A stretch of 64,000 bases of DNA from Erythrobacter sp. (GCF_011765465.1 NZ_CP050265.1:2642425-2706424), one strand, 5' to 3'; counted from the first letter of the stretch, positions 49,143 to 59,497 are shown. Numbers and translations: made by a program. Notes: generated by a model from the letters alone, not told the origin.

Positions 49143-50426
49143 ATGACAGCGACGGACACGATCTTCGCCGTATCGAGCGGCGCGCCCCCGGCGGCGATCG
49201 GCGTCATCCGCGTGAGCGGGCCGGAGGCGGCGCGGGCGGTGGAGGCGCTTGCGGGTAGGCTCCCGCAGCCGCGCCGTGCGAGCCTTGCGCAGTTGCGCGA
49301 TAGCGATGGAGCGCTGCTCGACGAGGCCCTGGTGCTGTGGTTCCCCGGTGAGCGGACCGCCACGGGCGAGGACCTTGCCGAATTCCACTGCCACGGCGGG
49401 CGCGCCGTGCTCGCTGCGGTGGAGAGGGCGCTCGCGGCCCTGCCGGGCCTGCGAGCGGCGCAGCCGGGTGAATTCACGCGGCGCGCTTTCGCCAATGGCC
49501 GGATCGACCTTGCCGAGGCCGAGGGACTTGCGGACCTTTTGTCTGCGGAAACCGAGTTGCAGCGCGCGGCGGCGATTTCGAATGCGAGCGGGGCGCTGTC
49601 GCGTGTCGTCGAGGGCTGGCGCGAGCGTCTGCTCGGCCTGTCGGCGCAGGTCGAGGCGGCGCTCGATTTCTCGGACGAGGAGGACGCGGCGGGCCTGCCG
49701 GAATGTTTCACGTGGAACATTGCCGCGCTTGCGGAGGAAATCGGCGAGTGGCTTGCTCGCCCGCGCTCCGAGCGATTGGGCGAGGGCTTCCGGGTCGTGC
49801 TGGCAGGCCCGCCCAATGCCGGAAAGTCCTCGCTTTTCAATGCTCTGGTGGAAAGCGAGGCTGCGATAACCTCGCCTGTGGCGGGCACGACGCGCGACGT
49901 GATCGAGCGGTCGGTGGCCATCGGGGGCGTGCCTTTCACCTTCGTCGACACGGCGGGCCTGCGCGAAATTGGCTCCGACGAGATCGAGGCCATCGGGATC
50001 GAACGTGCGCGCGGCGCGCTCGGGCGGGCGGATGTTGTGCTGTGGCTGGGCGAGGAAGGACTGGGGCCGGAAGGCGCGTGGGAAATCGCCGCGCGCGCCG
50101 ATGCGCCGGACTTCGCGGGCAAGATGACGGCACGTCACACGGTGTCGGCGGAAACGGGGCAGGGGCTTGCGGGGCTGAAGGAGGATCTCGTCGGCCTCGC
50201 CCGCGAACGCCTGCCCAGGCCAGGTGAGGCGGCGCTCAACGCGCGCCAGCACGCGCGGCTGAGCGAAGCGGGTAGGGCGCTCGAGGCCGCGCAGGGGCTT
50301 TCGGACCTGCTGCTGGTAGGGGAGGAATTGCGCCGCGCGCGGGTCGCTTTCGACGCGCTGGTGGGCCGGGCGACGACCGAGGATATGCTCGACGCGCTGT
50401 TCGGGCGGTTCTGCATCGGCAAGTGA
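49143..50426 (+). CDS. mnmE: tRNA modification GTPase MnmE
   Basis: [36 protein letters not shown] and C-terminal FCIGK. Confidence 0.97.
   Translation: MTATDTIFAVSSGAPPAAIGVIRVSGPEAARAVEALAGRLPQPRRASLAQLRDSDGALLDEALVLWFPGERTATGEDLAEFHCHGGRAVLAAVERALAALPGLRAAQPGEFTRRAFANGRIDLAEAEGLADLLSAETELQRAAAISNASGALSRVVEGWRERLLGLSAQVEAALDFSDEEDAAGLPECFTWNIAALAEEIGEWLARPRSERLGEGFRVVLAGPPNAGKSSLFNALVESEAAITSPVAGTTRDVIERSVAIGGVPFTFVDTAGLREIGSDEIEAIGIERARGALGRADVVLWLGEEGLGPEGAWEIAARADAPDFAGKMTARHTVSAETGQGLAGLKEDLVGLARERLPRPGEAALNARQHARLSEAGRALEAAQGLSDLLLVGEELRRARVAFDALVGRATTEDMLDALFGRFCIGK
49704..49719. promoter_or_regulatory. parS site inside mnmE
   Basis: TGTTTCACGTGGAACA. Confidence 0.85.
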
Positions 50427-50438
50427 TCGCGCCGAAAA

Positions 50439-50454
50439 TGTTCCACGTGGAACA
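50439..50454. promoter_or_regulatory. parS site (mnmE-mnmG intergenic)
   Basis: TGTTCCACGTGGAACA within a perfect 20-bp palindrome at 50437-50456. Confidence 0.9.
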
Positions 50455-50508
50455 TTCGCGGCGCTTCCCCCTTTGACGCTCGCTGGCGCAGGGACTATCT
50501 GGCGCGCC

Positions 50509-52374
50509 ATGCATTCCTTCGACGTTCTCGTGATCGGCGGCGGCCATGCCGGGGTCGAGGCGGCCTGCGCGGCGGCCCGCATGGGTGCGCGCACGGGGCT
50601 CGTCAGTTTCGACCTCGAGGCGATCGGGGCAATGAGCTGCAACCCGGCGATCGGCGGCCTCGGCAAGGGGCACCTCGTGTGCGAGGTCGATGCGCTCGAC
50701 GGCGTGCTGGGCCGGGCGGCGGACGCGGGAGCGATCCACTACCGGATGCTCAATCGCTCCAAGGGCAGCGCCGTGTGGGGCCCGCGCGTCCAGGCCGACC
50801 GCAAGCGGTTCAAGGCGGCGGTGCAGAAGATGGTGCGGGCGCAGGCGAACCTCACCTTGATCAAGGGTGAGGCGGCGGCGCTCGTGCTCGAAGGTGGGGT
50901 GGTGCGCGGGCTGGATCTGGCCGACGGCACCCGGCTCGAAGCGCCGCGCGTGATCCTGTGCACCGGGACCTTCCTCGGCGGCATTCTGTTCCGGGGCGAG
51001 GAGCGCTTCGAGGGCGGGCGCATCGGAGAAAACGCTGCGACCCGGCTCGCCGAGCAGCTGCGCGGGGCGGACCTGCCGATGGCGCGGCTCAAGACGGGGA
51101 CCCCGCCGCGGCTCGACGGGCGGACAATCGATTGGGCCGCGCTGCCGGAACAGCGCTCCGACGACGAGCACTGGACCATGTCGCCGCTCACCGAGAGGCG
51201 CGCGAACCCGCAGGTGTTCTGCGCGATCACCCGCACCACACAGGAAGCGCACGACACGATCCGGGCGAACCTTCATCGCTCGCCGCTGTTCTCGGGTGCG
51301 ATCGGGGCAGCGGGGCCGCGTTATTGTCCCTCGATCGAGGACAAGATCCACCGCTTCGGCGACCGCGACGGGCACCAGGTCTTTCTCGAACCCGAGGGGC
51401 TCGACAGCACCCTTGTCTATCCCAACGGCATCAGCACCTCGCTTCCCGTCGACGTGCAGGAGACGATGCTGCGCGCCATGCCGGGCCTGTTTCACGTGGA
51501 AATGGTCGTTCCGGGCTACGCCGTCGAATATGATCACATCGATCCGCGCGCGTTGACGCCGGATCTGCAGGTGCGCGCGATTCCGGGCCTTTATTGCGCG
51601 GGGCAGATCAACGGGACCACCGGATACGAGGAGGCCGCCGCGCAGGGCCTCGTCGCCGGGCTGGAAGCCGGCGCGGCGGCGGTCGGGCGCGCGGCACCGC
51701 GGCTCGACCGGGCGAATTCCTATATCGCGGTCATGATCGACGACCTCACCCTGCAGGGCGTCACCGAGCCGTACCGGATGCTCACCTCGCGCGCCGAATA
51801 TCGCCTGCGCCTGCGCGCCAACAACGCCTCGACCCGACTGACGGGGCTGGGCATCGCGGCGGGGTGTATCGGTGAGGAGCGGCGCGAATGGTTCGAGCGG
51901 CGCGAAGAGGCGAGGGCGCGGATCGGGGAGGCGTTCGACGCGCCGCTCCATGCGCGCGAACTGGCCGATGCGGGGCTTCCGGTCCGGCGCGACGGCGGTG
52001 AGAAGGCGCTGTCGGAATGGCTTCGCCATGACGGGCTCGATCTCGATACGCTTGCGCCCTGGCTGGGCGAGGCGAGGGCGGTGGACCCGCTGCTCGCCGC
52101 CGAAATGGCCGAGGATGCCGCCTACGCCCCTTATCTCGCCCGGCAGGATGCGGAATTGCGCGACCTGCGGGCGAGCGAAGCCCTGCCGCTGTCCGCCGAT
52201 TTTCCCTACGATGCGGTTCCCGGTCTCTCGAATGAGATGGTCGAGCGCCTGACCGCGGCGGCACCCTCGACCCTCGCGGCGGCGGGGCGGGTTCCGGGGA
52301 TCACCCCGGCCGCCCTTTCTGCGCTGCTTGTCCACGCCCGCCGCCGCCAGGCCGAAGCGCAGCGCGCCGCGTGA
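50509..52374 (+). CDS. mnmG: tRNA uridine 5-carboxymethylaminomethyl modification enzyme MnmG (GidA)
   Basis: [36 protein letters not shown] and [16 protein letters not shown] motifs. Confidence 0.98.
   Translation: MHSFDVLVIGGGHAGVEAACAAARMGARTGLVSFDLEAIGAMSCNPAIGGLGKGHLVCEVDALDGVLGRAADAGAIHYRMLNRSKGSAVWGPRVQADRKRFKAAVQKMVRAQANLTLIKGEAAALVLEGGVVRGLDLADGTRLEAPRVILCTGTFLGGILFRGEERFEGGRIGENAATRLAEQLRGADLPMARLKTGTPPRLDGRTIDWAALPEQRSDDEHWTMSPLTERRANPQVFCAITRTTQEAHDTIRANLHRSPLFSGAIGAAGPRYCPSIEDKIHRFGDRDGHQVFLEPEGLDSTLVYPNGISTSLPVDVQETMLRAMPGLFHVEMVVPGYAVEYDHIDPRALTPDLQVRAIPGLYCAGQINGTTGYEEAAAQGLVAGLEAGAAAVGRAAPRLDRANSYIAVMIDDLTLQGVTEPYRMLTSRAEYRLRLRANNASTRLTGLGIAAGCIGEERREWFERREEARARIGEAFDAPLHARELADAGLPVRRDGGEKALSEWLRHDGLDLDTLAPWLGEARAVDPLLAAEMAEDAAYAPYLARQDAELRDLRASEALPLSADFPYDAVPGLSNEMVERLTAAAPSTLAAAGRVPGITPAALSALLVHARRRQAEAQRAA
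51488..51503. promoter_or_regulatory. parS site inside mnmG
   Basis: TGTTTCACGTGGAAAT. Confidence 0.75.
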
Positions 52375-53003
52375 TCGAACGCGCTCCGATCGAAAGCGAA
52401 CACGCCGCGCGCGCCTATGTCGCGGAGTGGGGCGATGCGGGCGCGATGGAGCGGCTGGAGCGGTTCGCCGCCCTGCTGCTCGACGAGAATCGGCGCCAGA
52501 ACCTCATCAGCAAGCCCTCCGAGGCGCAGCTCTGGCAAAGGCATATCGCGGACAGCGCGCAACTGCTCGAATATGTTCCACGTGAAACATCGCCGCCCGG
52601 CCCGTGGCTCGATCTCGGCACGGGAGCGGGCTTTCCGGGCCTCGTCATCGCCGCGCTCAGGCCGGATTGGGAGGTCGTGCTGATCGAATCGCGCGCGCGG
52701 CGGATCGAATTTCTCGCGAATTGCGTTCGCGAACTCGGCGTTGCGCGCTGCCGCGTGATCGGGGAGCGGCTCGAGCGGGTCGAACCCTTCCCGGCATGGG
52801 TCATTTCGGCACGCGCCTTCGCCCCGCTGGAAAAGCTCCTGAGCTTATCCGCACCCTTCTCCACAAAGGCGACCCGCTACGTCTTGCCCAAGGGGCGCTC
52901 GGCGGCGCACGAATTGAAACAGGCGAAAAAGCCGATTCGAGAATTGTTCCACGTGGAACATTCGTTGACCGATCGCGACGCGGGCATCATTGTAAGTGCC
53001 TGA
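52371..53003 (+). CDS. rsmG: 16S rRNA m7G527 methyltransferase RsmG (GidB)
   Basis: [27 protein letters not shown] and PKG motifs. Confidence 0.95.
   Translation: MIERAPIESEHAARAYVAEWGDAGAMERLERFAALLLDENRRQNLISKPSEAQLWQRHIADSAQLLEYVPRETSPPGPWLDLGTGAGFPGLVIAALRPDWEVVLIESRARRIEFLANCVRELGVARCRVIGERLERVEPFPAWVISARAFAPLEKLLSLSAPFSTKATRYVLPKGRSAAHELKQAKKPIRELFHVEHSLTDRDAGIIVSA
52574..52589. promoter_or_regulatory. parS site inside rsmG (5' half)
   Basis: TGTTCCACGTGAAACA. Confidence 0.85.
52945..52960. promoter_or_regulatory. parS site inside rsmG (3' end)
   Basis: TGTTCCACGTGGAACA. Confidence 0.85.
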
Positions 53004-53052
53004 AGAGCCTTGCGCCGGCCCTCGGGCCCGGACGCCGACGAGGGACACGACC

Positions 53053-53829
53053 ATGCTGACCATAGCAATAGCCAACCAGAAGGGCGGGGTGGGCAAGACC
53101 ACCACCGCGATCAACATCGCCACCGCGATGGCGGCCACCGGCTGGCGCACGCTGCTGATCGACCTCGACCCGCAGGGCAATGCCTCGACCGGTCTAGGCG
53201 TAGGCGCGGGCGCGCGCGAGATTTCGAGCTATGACCTGCTGGTCGACGACTGCCCGCTTGCCGAAGCGGTCGTGCCGACCAGCATTCCCGGGCTCGACGT
53301 GGTCCCGGCGACGCAGGATCTTTCCGGGGCGGAGGTCGAGCTCGTCTCGGTCGAGGACCGCACCGCCAAGCTGCGCCAGGCGCTCGCCCGGCATTCGGGG
53401 CACGACATCTGCTTCATCGACTGCCCGCCCTCGCTCGGTCTGCTGACGCTGAACGCGCTGTGCGCCGCCGATACGCTGCTGGTGCCGCTGCAATGCGAAT
53501 TCTTCGCACTCGAGGGGCTGAGCCAGCTGCTGCAGACGGTCGAGCGGGTGCAGCAGCGCTTCAATCCCGGGCTCGACATCATCGGCGTGGCGCTGACCAT
53601 GTATGACCGCCGCAACCGTTTGACCGATCAGGTGTCGGACGACGTACGCGAATGTCTCGGCAAGCTGGTGTTCGAAACCGTGATTCCGCGCAACGTGCGG
53701 CTTTCCGAAGCGCCGAGCCATGGCCTGCCCGCGCTCGTCTACGATCATTCCTGCACCGGCAGTCGAGCCTATATCGCGCTCGCGCGCGAGCTGATCGGTC
53801 GCTTCCCGCCCGAAAGGAAGGCCGCGTGA
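53053..53829 (+). CDS. parA: Chromosome partitioning ATPase ParA
   Basis: NQKGGVGKTT, DLDPQGNAS, DCPPSLG and PRNVRLSEAPS motifs. Confidence 0.97.
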   Translation: MLTIAIANQKGGVGKTTTAINIATAMAATGWRTLLIDLDPQGNASTGLGVGAGAREISSYDLLVDDCPLAEAVVPTSIPGLDVVPATQDLSGAEVELVSVEDRTAKLRQALARHSGHDICFIDCPPSLGLLTLNALCAADTLLVPLQCEFFALEGLSQLLQTVERVQQRFNPGLDIIGVALTMYDRRNRLTDQVSDDVRECLGKLVFETVIPRNVRLSEAPSHGLPALVYDHSCTGSRAYIALARELIGRFPPERKAA

Positions 53830-54803
53830 GCGACAAGTCGAACGATCCGATCCGCTTCGCCGTGCCCGAACGTCCCGCCGCCGACCGCCGCAAGAAGCTC
53901 GGCAAGGGGCTGGGCGCGCTGATGGGCGAGATGAAGCGCGAGGAGCCGTTGGTGCAATCCGCCGGCGACACGCCTTCCCCCACCGGCGGGGCGGCGGGCG
54001 ATTCGCCGCTCAGGATGGTGGCGACCGCCTCGATCACCCCGCTGCCGGGCAACCCGCGCAAGCATTTCGACGAAGCCGCGCTCGACGAACTCGCCGCCTC
54101 GATCGCGGCGCGCGGCGTGATCCAGCCCGTCATCGTGCGTCCACGTGGAACACAGGGCTACCAGCTCGTCGCCGGGGAGCGGCGCTGGCGCGCGGCGCAG
54201 AAGGCGCGGCTGCACGAGATCCCTGCGTTGGTGCGCGAGCTCGACGACCGCGAGGTCATGGCGCTTGCCCTGATCGAGAACCTCCAGCGCGAGGATCTCA
54301 ATCCGGTCGAAGAAGCGCGCGCATATCAAAGACTTGCCGACGAAGAGGGCATGACCCAGGCGGAAATCGCGCGGATGGTCGAGAAATCGCGCAGCCATGT
54401 CGCGAATCTTCAGCGCCTGCTCGGCCTGCCCGAGAAAGTGCTCGATCTCGTCGAAAGCGGGCGGCTGTCCATGGGGCACGCTCGCGCGCTGATCGGGCAG
54501 GACGATGCGGCGCGCTTCGCCCGGCAGGCGGTCGAGGAAAACCTGTCGGTGCGCGAGATCGAAAAGCTGGTCAGGAACGCCGCGCGGGCCGCGACCGACG
54601 AGCGCGCCGAAAAGAGCCGCGCAGCCCCGCGCGAAGGCGAGGCCGACATCGAGGCGGTGCAGCGCCATCTCGAGGAATTCCTCGGCCTGCCGGTGCGAAT
54701 CAAGGCCGATGCCGATCCGCGCAAGGGGGCGGTGACGATCCGCTATGCCTCGCTCGACCAGCTCGACCTCGTTTGCCAGAGGCTGACCGGCGGGGACTTT
54801 TAG
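53826..54803 (+). CDS. parB: Chromosome partitioning protein ParB
   Basis: LGKGLGAL, NPRK.F, GERRWRA, ENLQREDLN and SMGHARAL motifs. Confidence 0.97.
   Translation: MSDKSNDPIRFAVPERPAADRRKKLGKGLGALMGEMKREEPLVQSAGDTPSPTGGAAGDSPLRMVATASITPLPGNPRKHFDEAALDELAASIAARGVIQPVIVRPRGTQGYQLVAGERRWRAAQKARLHEIPALVRELDDREVMALALIENLQREDLNPVEEARAYQRLADEEGMTQAEIARMVEKSRSHVANLQRLLGLPEKVLDLVESGRLSMGHARALIGQDDAARFARQAVEENLSVREIEKLVRNAARAATDERAEKSRAAPREGEADIEAVQRHLEEFLGLPVRIKADADPRKGAVTIRYASLDQLDLVCQRLTGGDF
54137..54152. promoter_or_regulatory. Degenerate parS site inside parB
   Basis: GCGTCCACGTGGAACA: right half perfect, left half degenerate. Confidence 0.5.
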
Positions 54804-55042
54804 CGGCGCGTTAGCCACCCTTTCCCTCTGAAAAATCGCCGGAAAGCTGCGCCTTCTGGGGCTGGGGCGTTAAGTCCTACCGCGCTGTTAACCATAACCG
54901 CGAACGAACCTTGAACTGGGTATCCCTACCTAGCGACAGCGAACGGGCCGCACTGTCCGTTCGGCAGACATTCGCCGGGGGTCCACAAGGGCGTCGGGCG
55001 GCTTCGCTGCAACGGGTAAGACCACGCTTGGAAGGACCAGAC

Positions 55043-55579
55043 ATGATCAAGACCATTCGTTTCGGCGCGGCGGGCATCGCTCTCTTCGCCGCCATGGGCA
55101 TGAGCAACGCCGCTTTCGCCCAGGAGACCGCTAACGCGACCGCGACTGCGGAAGTGCTCGATTCGCTCACTCTCAACAATAGCGCCGGCCTCGATTTCGG
55201 GACGATGGTCGTCGACGGGGCGGGCACCGTCTCGCTCGCCGCTGACGGCACGCTCGATTGCTCGGCCGCCGACATCGTGTGCTCGGGCACCTCGTCCGTC
55301 GCCGCGTTCGACGTGACCGGCACCGCGAACAAGGCGGTGACGATCAACCTGCCGACCGGCGACATCGATCTCAACCACCCCGACCTTTCCGCCGCCAGCC
55401 TCCCTGGTCAGCACACCATCGTACTCAACGCCTTCGTTTCGAGCGAAGCGGGCAACGAGATCACCCTCGATGGTGCGGGCGACGGCAACTTCACTGTCGG
55501 CGGTACGATCACCTTCGACGGCAACGAAGCCGCGGGCATCTACACCGGCAGCTTCGACGTCTCGGTCGAATATTCGTAA
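55043..55579 (+). CDS. DUF4402-like exported beta-rich protein (putative pilin-like subunit)
   Basis: Signal peptide (AAFA|Q), L..GLDFG, two Cys, ...F.VGGT.....Q/E.AG.YTGSF.V.V.Y C-terminus ending in aromatic-x. Confidence 0.8.
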   Translation: MIKTIRFGAAGIALFAAMGMSNAAFAQETANATATAEVLDSLTLNNSAGLDFGTMVVDGAGTVSLAADGTLDCSAADIVCSGTSSVAAFDVTGTANKAVTINLPTGDIDLNHPDLSAASLPGQHTIVLNAFVSSEAGNEITLDGAGDGNFTVGGTITFDGNEAAGIYTGSFDVSVEYS

Positions 55580-55638
55580 GCCTACGGGCTGACAGGCTCC
55601 GCGAGGTGGGCACTCACCTCGCCAGGGTACTGCAAGAG

Positions 55639-55670
55639 GGCCGCGCATCCGCAGGGTGCGCGGCCTTTTT
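55639..55670 (+). terminator. Rho-independent terminator after the DUF4402 gene
   Basis: GGCCGCGCATCC-GCA-GGGTGCGCGGCC-TTTTT. Confidence 0.85.
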
Positions 55671-55724
55671 CATGGGTGGGGCGCGCAAATTTCATGGGTG
55701 AGGCGCGCAAAACAGCACCTTGGC

Positions 55725-55745
55725 ATGGTTAGAAGGATGTTAACC
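55725..55745. promoter_or_regulatory. CtrA-like binding site upstream of the chaperone-like gene
   Basis: ATGG-TTAG-N7-TTAACC versus consensus TTAA-N7-TTAAC. Confidence 0.6.
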
Positions 55746-55839
55746 ACATTCGCTTACCAAACTCCGTGAAACCACGCAGGCTGGCCGGCGACGGGAGTTT
55801 CGACCGGGCGGCCCTGCCAGTTTACGGAGCTGTTTTCCC

Positions 55840-56676
55840 ATGCCTTTCAATCCGATGCGTGCCCTTGCGCGCGGTGCTGCGGTTCTCGCCGCCGCTTCCT
55901 CCATCGCCATCGCGCCCCCGGTTTCGGCCCAGGGCGACCTGCTGGTCGCGCCGACCCGCGTGATCCTCGACGGGCGGCGCGGGACCGAGGTGATCCTGAG
56001 CAATATCGGCGACGAGGAAGCGACCTACCGCATCGGTCTGGAACTGCGGCGGATGCTGGAGAACGGGCGGCTCGTGCCCGTGGAAGAGACCGATGCGAAC
56101 GACAAGGAGAAGGCCGCGCTCGGCATGATCCGCTATGCGCCCCGGCGCATAGTCCTGCCGCCGGGCCAGCCCCAGGCGGTGCGGCTTGCGGCGCGGCCCG
56201 GCGCGGACCTGCCGGACGGCGAGTATCGCGTGCATATGTCCTTTCGCGCGATTCCCAAGCCGCGCGCGCTGACCGCCGAGGAGCGCGCGAGCGACCAGGT
56301 CTCGATCCAGCTCATCCCGATCTACGGCGTGACCATTCCGATCATCGTGCGCCACGGCCGGGTCGAGGCGCAGGCCGCGATCGCACAGCCGCGCATCGTC
56401 GCGGGCGAGGACGGACCCGAACTCGCCGTCACCATCCAGCGCTCGGGCGATAGCTCGACCTATGGCGAACTGCGCGTGACCAAGGCCGGGGTCGAGGATC
56501 CGCTGGTCCTGCTGCGCGGGGTCGCGATCTATCCCGAGATCGGCAAGCGCGACATCCGCATCGCTCTCACCCCCGAACAGGCCGCGGCGATCAAGGGCGA
56601 TGTGCGCGTCGAATACCGCGATATGCCCGAAGCGGGCGGCGGGCTCATCACCGCGCTCGACACGCGGATCGACTGA
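55840..56676 (+). CDS. Periplasmic pilus chaperone-like protein (PapD/EcpB-like)
   Basis: Signal peptide; LLVAPTRVIL, V.L.N.G, IRYAPRR..L.PG..Q.VR..ARPG..LPDGEYR.H.F.A.P and IPIIVR motifs. Confidence 0.75.
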   Translation: MPFNPMRALARGAAVLAAASSIAIAPPVSAQGDLLVAPTRVILDGRRGTEVILSNIGDEEATYRIGLELRRMLENGRLVPVEETDANDKEKAALGMIRYAPRRIVLPPGQPQAVRLAARPGADLPDGEYRVHMSFRAIPKPRALTAEERASDQVSIQLIPIYGVTIPIIVRHGRVEAQAAIAQPRIVAGEDGPELAVTIQRSGDSSTYGELRVTKAGVEDPLVLLRGVAIYPEIGKRDIRIALTPEQAAAIKGDVRVEYRDMPEAGGGLITALDTRID

Positions 56677-56719
56677 GCGGGCCGCAAGCAGCGGGCCTTA
56701 GCCACCTCACCCCAGAGCC

Positions 56720-59494
56720 ATGGTTTCCCTTCGCCCCTCCTTTTCCGGCGCCGTCGCAGGTCTTGCGGCGGCGTTCGGCGTGTGGGCCAGCCCCGCGCCG
56801 GCGCTGGCGCAGGATGGCGACGGGCGGGATGTGACCTGGCAGGCGAACGAGGACGACTTCCTGTTCCTCCAGCCCGTGATCGGCAAATACAAGCTCACGC
56901 TCGACGTGCGCGGATACCGGACCGACCGCGGCGTGTGCCTGGACCTTGCCGACGTGATCCAGTCGCTCGACCTGCCCATCCGCATCGACAAGAAGTCGCG
57001 CCGCGCAACTGGCTGGCTGTTTGCGGAGGACCGGACCTTCACTCTCGACCGCGACACGAATACGGTACAAAACGTGAACGTGGGAGGGCGCGCGCCGATC
57101 TCGGGCGACATCTACGACACGCCTGAGGGCTGGTGCGTCGATACCAAGGCCCTGTCACGCTGGTTCGGGATCACCTTCACCCCGGATCTCTACAATTCCA
57201 TCGTCCGGCTCGAAACCGACCGCGACTTGCCGTTCATGCAGGCGATCGAGCGGCGAAGTCGCGCAGCGCGACTTGAGCGCCGGTCGAAGCAGACCTTCGA
57301 TTTGTCCAAGTTCCCGACCGCCGACATGGAATACAAGCCGTGGCGCACACCGTCGGTCGACATTGTCGCCCAGGGCGAGGTCACGAGCGGCGAGGCGGGG
57401 CGCGAGCCGACCGGGGGCCGGGTCGAACTCTACGCCGCGGGAGAGGCGCTGGGGGCGAGCTATTTCGCCCGCTTCGCGACCGACCAGCAGCTCAATCCGC
57501 AGACCGTGCGCCTGCGGGCCTATCGCAATGATCCCGAGGGCGGGTTGCTCGGCCCGCTGCAGGCGACGCAGGTCGCGGTGGGAGATGTCGAGACGATCGC
57601 GGGCCGCCTCACCGGGCAGACCCAGGTCGGGCGCGGGGCGTTCGTCTCGAACCGCCCGCTCGGCCAGACCAATCGCTTTTCCGCAACGACCCTGCGCGGG
57701 ACGCTCCCCGCCGGGTGGGATGCGGAGCTTTATCGCAACGGCCAGCTGATCGCCTTCCAGGATGATCGCGGCGATGGGCGCTATGAATTCGTCGAAATCG
57801 AGCTGTTCTATGGCCGCAACGATCTCGAAGTGGTCCTCTACGGGCCGCAGGGACAGATCCGGCGCGAAAAGACCAGCGTGCCGGTCGGCTTCAACCAGAT
57901 CGAGCCGGGGCAGACCTATTACTGGGCGGGCGTGTTGCAAACGCAGCGCGATCTCATCCAGCTCAACCGGCAGAATGTCTTCCTGCCGCAGAAATGGCGC
58001 TGGGGGGTCGGAGTCGAACGCGGACTCGACCAGAGGACGAGCGTGTCGCTCGGGATGCAAAGCCTGTTCTTCCAGGGCGCCCGCCGCACCTATGCTGAGG
58101 GCGCGCTGGTGCGCACGCTCGGTGCGATGCAGGTCGAACTGATCGGCGCGCATGAATTCGGCGCCGGCGCGGTTGCCGAGGCGAATGCGCTCGGCCGGGT
58201 GGGCGGCATCAATTTCGGGGTCAACGGGCTCGTGTCCTTCGGAAGCTTCACGAGCGAATTCGCCGCGAACGACCTCGACTGGCGCACCGGGTTCACTTTC
58301 GACACCTCGCTCGCCTTGGGCAAGGCATCGATCCCGATCCAGGGCGACTTGCAATATTCGCAACTAAGGGACGGCGCGCAGCTGACCGAGGCGATGTTGA
58401 CCACCTCGGTCACGGCCGGGAGAGTCGCGCTCTCTGCGCAGCTCAGTCGGCAGGACCGAACCGCCGGCGTGCTCGCCCCCGCGCGGACCGACACGCGATT
58501 GCGCCTGCTCGCCAACACGCGGTTGGGCCGCTTCCGGTTGCGCGGCAACGCGATCTGGGCTTTCGAGGGGCCGCGCACCGGGCTCGAGCGGGCCAATGTG
58601 CGCGTCGATGCCAATATCGACGAGCGCTCGGATATGCAGGCGCAGGTGGAATATCTCGGCCAGTCGGACGAATTCCGCTTCACCGGAGCCTATACGCGCC
58701 GCTTCGACAAGCTGCTCCTGCGCGGCGATGCCTTCGTCACTTCGCGCGGAGGGGTGGGGGCCGGAGTGCAGGTCGCCTTCAGCCTCGGCCCGGACCCGGT
58801 CAAGGGCGGGGTCCGCGTCTCGCAGGCCAAGCTCGCCCGCAACGGCCAAGCCGATGTCACCGTCTTTCGCGACGACGACGGAAACGGTCGGCGCGATCCG
58901 GGCGAGCCGGTGCTCAAGGACGTGCTGGTCGAAGCCGGGTAGCGCAGCACCGATGCTTTCACCGGAGAAAACGGCCGCGCGATCGTCGACGAGTTGCGCC
59001 CCTTCCGCCCGGTGCTGGTCGGGGTGGATGAAAGCACGCTGGGCGATCCCTTCCTCGCGCCCGCGGTCAAGGGCATCGTCGTCACTCCGCGCCCCGGCGT
59101 GATGGCGAAGATCGACATCCCGATTTCCCCCAGCGGCGAGGTCGAGGGAACCCTGCTGAGCGTTTCGGGGACCGAGCAGCCGGGCGTAGCCCTCGAACTG
59201 GTCGACGAACGCGGGAACGTGGTCGCGGAGACGGTCAGCGAATTCGACGGCTTCTTCCTGTTCCAGCGCGTGCCCTATGGCCGCTACAGCCTGCGCGTCG
59301 CCGACGAGGCGGCGAGGAAGCTCGAGGTGGTCCAGGCGCTCCCAGGGCCGCGCGGCGCGGCGGGCTTCACGATCCGGCAGGGCGAGGACATCGTGCGGAT
59401 CGGCCCGATCAAGCTGCGCAGCACCGACACACCGCCGCCTCCAAAAGCCGACCAGGTCGCGGCGCGCGGCCCGGCTTCCGTTTCGCCGGAATAG
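56720..59494 (+). pseudogene. Large exported usher-like / carboxypeptidase-regulatory-like-domain protein, interrupted by an in-frame TAG at 58940-58942
   Basis: 740-aa ORF and 166-aa ORF are in the same frame (offset 2274 nt); ...VEAG*RSTDAFTGENG... reads through to give 924 aa. Contains ELYRNG.L, GRYEF..L.YG.N and D.DGNG.RDPGE motifs. Confidence 0.7.
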
Positions 59495-59497
59495 GCG

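Noticed and set aside
50236-52335. 699-aa minus-strand ORF
   Set aside because: Antisense shadow of mnmE/mnmG.
58940-58942. Genome-wide TAG reassignment or pyrrolysine as explanation of the internal stop
   Set aside because: TAG terminates many intact genes here (for example 16658, 34420, 44651, 54803) and no pyl genes are visible.
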